Below, piece after piece: positions 62,103 to 64,000 of a stretch of 64,000 bases of DNA. Source of the stretch: Rhizodiscina lignyota (Eukaryota). The translations under genes and the position numbers were made by a program. Position 1 is the stretch's first letter. The number at the start of each line of letters is the position of its first letter. The stretch is from contig ML978129.1 in assembly GCA_010015805.1 (NCBI GenBank), positions 1,612,001-1,676,000 on the forward strand, in the 5' to 3' direction. The notes under the pieces are model-generated. The model had not been told where the DNA came from, made no database searches, and saw only the letters and a list, made by a program, of their open reading frames with translations.

Positions 62103-62628
62103 GGCTCTCTCGTGCTTCGAAAACGAGGAAGTGTCTCGCTAGGACATTGTGAAAGTCTTGAAGATATTCGCCGACGTGTGAACTCGGCGCTTAAAGGGGA
62201 GCAGGTGAGAAATGTGGCCAATCAGGTGGAAGTGCTTCAAAAGTGTTCGGAAGAAAATGTTTCTCCTTGATGCCGACTGGCTTTTCCGCATTAGGAAAGG
62301 CGCGCTACGGCCCCTGTCGGTCGGCATCATCCAAATCCAGTCCTCCATATGCTCCGCGCTCCACTGCGCCTTCGACTCTCTTTCGCAACACATACCAAGA
62401 ATACATATTGAAGTGGATCTCATTTTGTTCGCCTCTCGGTCCGGCGAGCATCCCCCGAGGTTTACCCAGTACTATTGAATCTCACAGTCACCTATACTCC
62501 GCACAAGAGCTTCGAATCCCTGCCACCGCAACGCAAGCTACTCAGTTTCACACAACACATCCGCAACAACCCAACTTTGTATATCGATCAGCATCTGAGA
62601 TTGTCACGAGAGGTGCATCGCAGTAGCG

Positions 62629-64000
62629 ATGGCACCGAATCGCAGCATATCTCCCCAAGATGTCCCCATGGTACACCCCACAGCGTCTCCCCCACGGCAG
62701 ATTTCTAAGATCGAGAAGAAACGCAGCCAGATCACCGACAAGCTCAGCCTAATGATCAAGGAATTCAATCAGAATCTCCGACCGCACTATGAAGCGCAAC
62801 TCAACGCCATCCAAGTCGACATCAACCTCATTACGCGCGCCGATCCTTACCAGACCACGCCTCTCCCAGACAGCCCAGAAGAGGTCCAAAAAGTCATACA
62901 TGAGCTGTTCGGAGGTCAGATACCAGCGGACCCAGTCGCTGCGGAAGACTTCACAGCACAGGCTGGGAAGCTGTACGAGGAATTCGCGATAAAGGTGAAT
63001 GATTTGATGGAGCAGAGAGACGTGGCCCTCGCAATGCTTGCGGTAAGCTAATGAGTCCTTGCTCCAAACCAACAAAAGCAGAAGATATATCTCTAAGACA
63101 GTGTACTTCCAACAGAACAAACACGACAAAAGCCTCGACGAAGTGGAACGGAGACACAAGTTTCATGTCCAACTCGCCCAAGAAGAGCACAAGCTCCTCG
63201 CCGACACTGTTCGACAGCGCCTGTTTGCGACTCTTGAGAAGAAACGAAGGACCCTATTAGCGGAGAAGGAGGCCCTAGATATTGGCGACAGTAATGCCTC
63301 ACTCCTCCACCCCGACCAATACCGCCACATGCACAACCCATCCAGCCCTGGGGGTACACAGAACGCAAGGAAGACTAGGAACGCTAGGCACCGAGTCGAC
63401 CTAGACGAGCTGCCAAGTGCTGCCGTTGCGCAGGAGAATAGGAGGAAGCGCAAGGCCGAAGATGCTGATGAATCACCGGGGCCAGGTACGAAGCATCATG
63501 GTCCAGGTTCGCCGTACCGCGACGCCAAAGCAAAGCAAACCTTCGCGCAGTACGGCGCATCGGCATTATCCATCGAGCGACTCTTTACGGAAAAGGAGCT
63601 TGCATTAAACATGAACACCGCCGCCCTCGCGGCGACAAATTTCATGGTCCAGCTCAGAGATGCGCCCAAAAACTCGGAAGCGACAAACGGCATGAACGGC
63701 TATCAGACAGACACTGAAGACGCGCCCGGCGCATCCACATCCATTCCCACCATCATGAACGAAGCCACAGACCCAGAAGACGACGCCACACCCGCCGCGG
63801 CCCCCGAAATGGACCGCACTGCCAACACGTCGCAGTACGCCCATCAAACCCGCGGCGCGACGCGCAACGCCCTCGCCGACCTGGCAACCATCGCAGGCGG
63901 CCAGCTACCATTCCCAGCGCACAGTATCCCGACCTACGTCCCAGCCATCATGGGCGCAAAGGCCAACGGTGCAGCACCCACACCCCAAAGTCTAACGGGC
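62629..64000 (+). CDS. Sds3-like subunit of the Rpd3L histone deacetylase complex (3' partial)
   Basis: EKKRSQITDKL, YEAQLNAIQVDINLI, EEHKLLADTVRQRL, DIGDSNASLLHP, RKTRNARHR and SIERLFTEKEL. Confidence 0.8.

Noticed and set aside
1..64000. CRISPR arrays, rRNA genes, intact transposons, PKS/NRPS backbone genes
   Set aside because: No repeat-spacer pattern, rRNA-like sequence, transposase/RT ORF, terminal repeats or megasynthase domains seen.

Overview
Gene-dense, intron-rich DNA from a filamentous ascomycete (Pezizomycotina; inferred from short GT-AG introns with CTAAC/CTGAC branch sites and from gene content). About 28 protein genes and one intron-containing tRNA-Leu(UAA) are recognisable. 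Housekeeping genes: NOC4, ATP4, bL21m, NSA2, YOS9, ChaC, cyclophilin H, RPC40, SDS3-like. Metabolic and transport genes: two MFS transporters, arylsulfatase, CYP53 benzoate 4-monooxygenase, ZIP transporter, alcohol acetyltransferase, CipA/NmrA, GST, aspartic protease and SDRs. The most striking part is an accessory-looking block at about 21-31.4 kb. It holds a tandem pair of strongly diverged Mx-like dynamin GTPases, each preceded about 0.7 kb upstream by the same conserved ~145 bp non-coding element with a 26-bp perfect core. Next to them is a divergent SDR / bZIP-DUF3425 pair whose SDR carries an in-frame TAG. Other oddities: two obligatory GC-AG introns, a 5-nt microexon, a GST with Asp in place of the catalytic Cys, an aspartic protease with degenerate DTG motifs, a Cdc26-like peptide on a long disordered protein, a possible kinase relic, and a ~2 kb degenerate segment bracketed by a duplicated non-coding stretch. 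All gene models were built by eye and no database searches were run.
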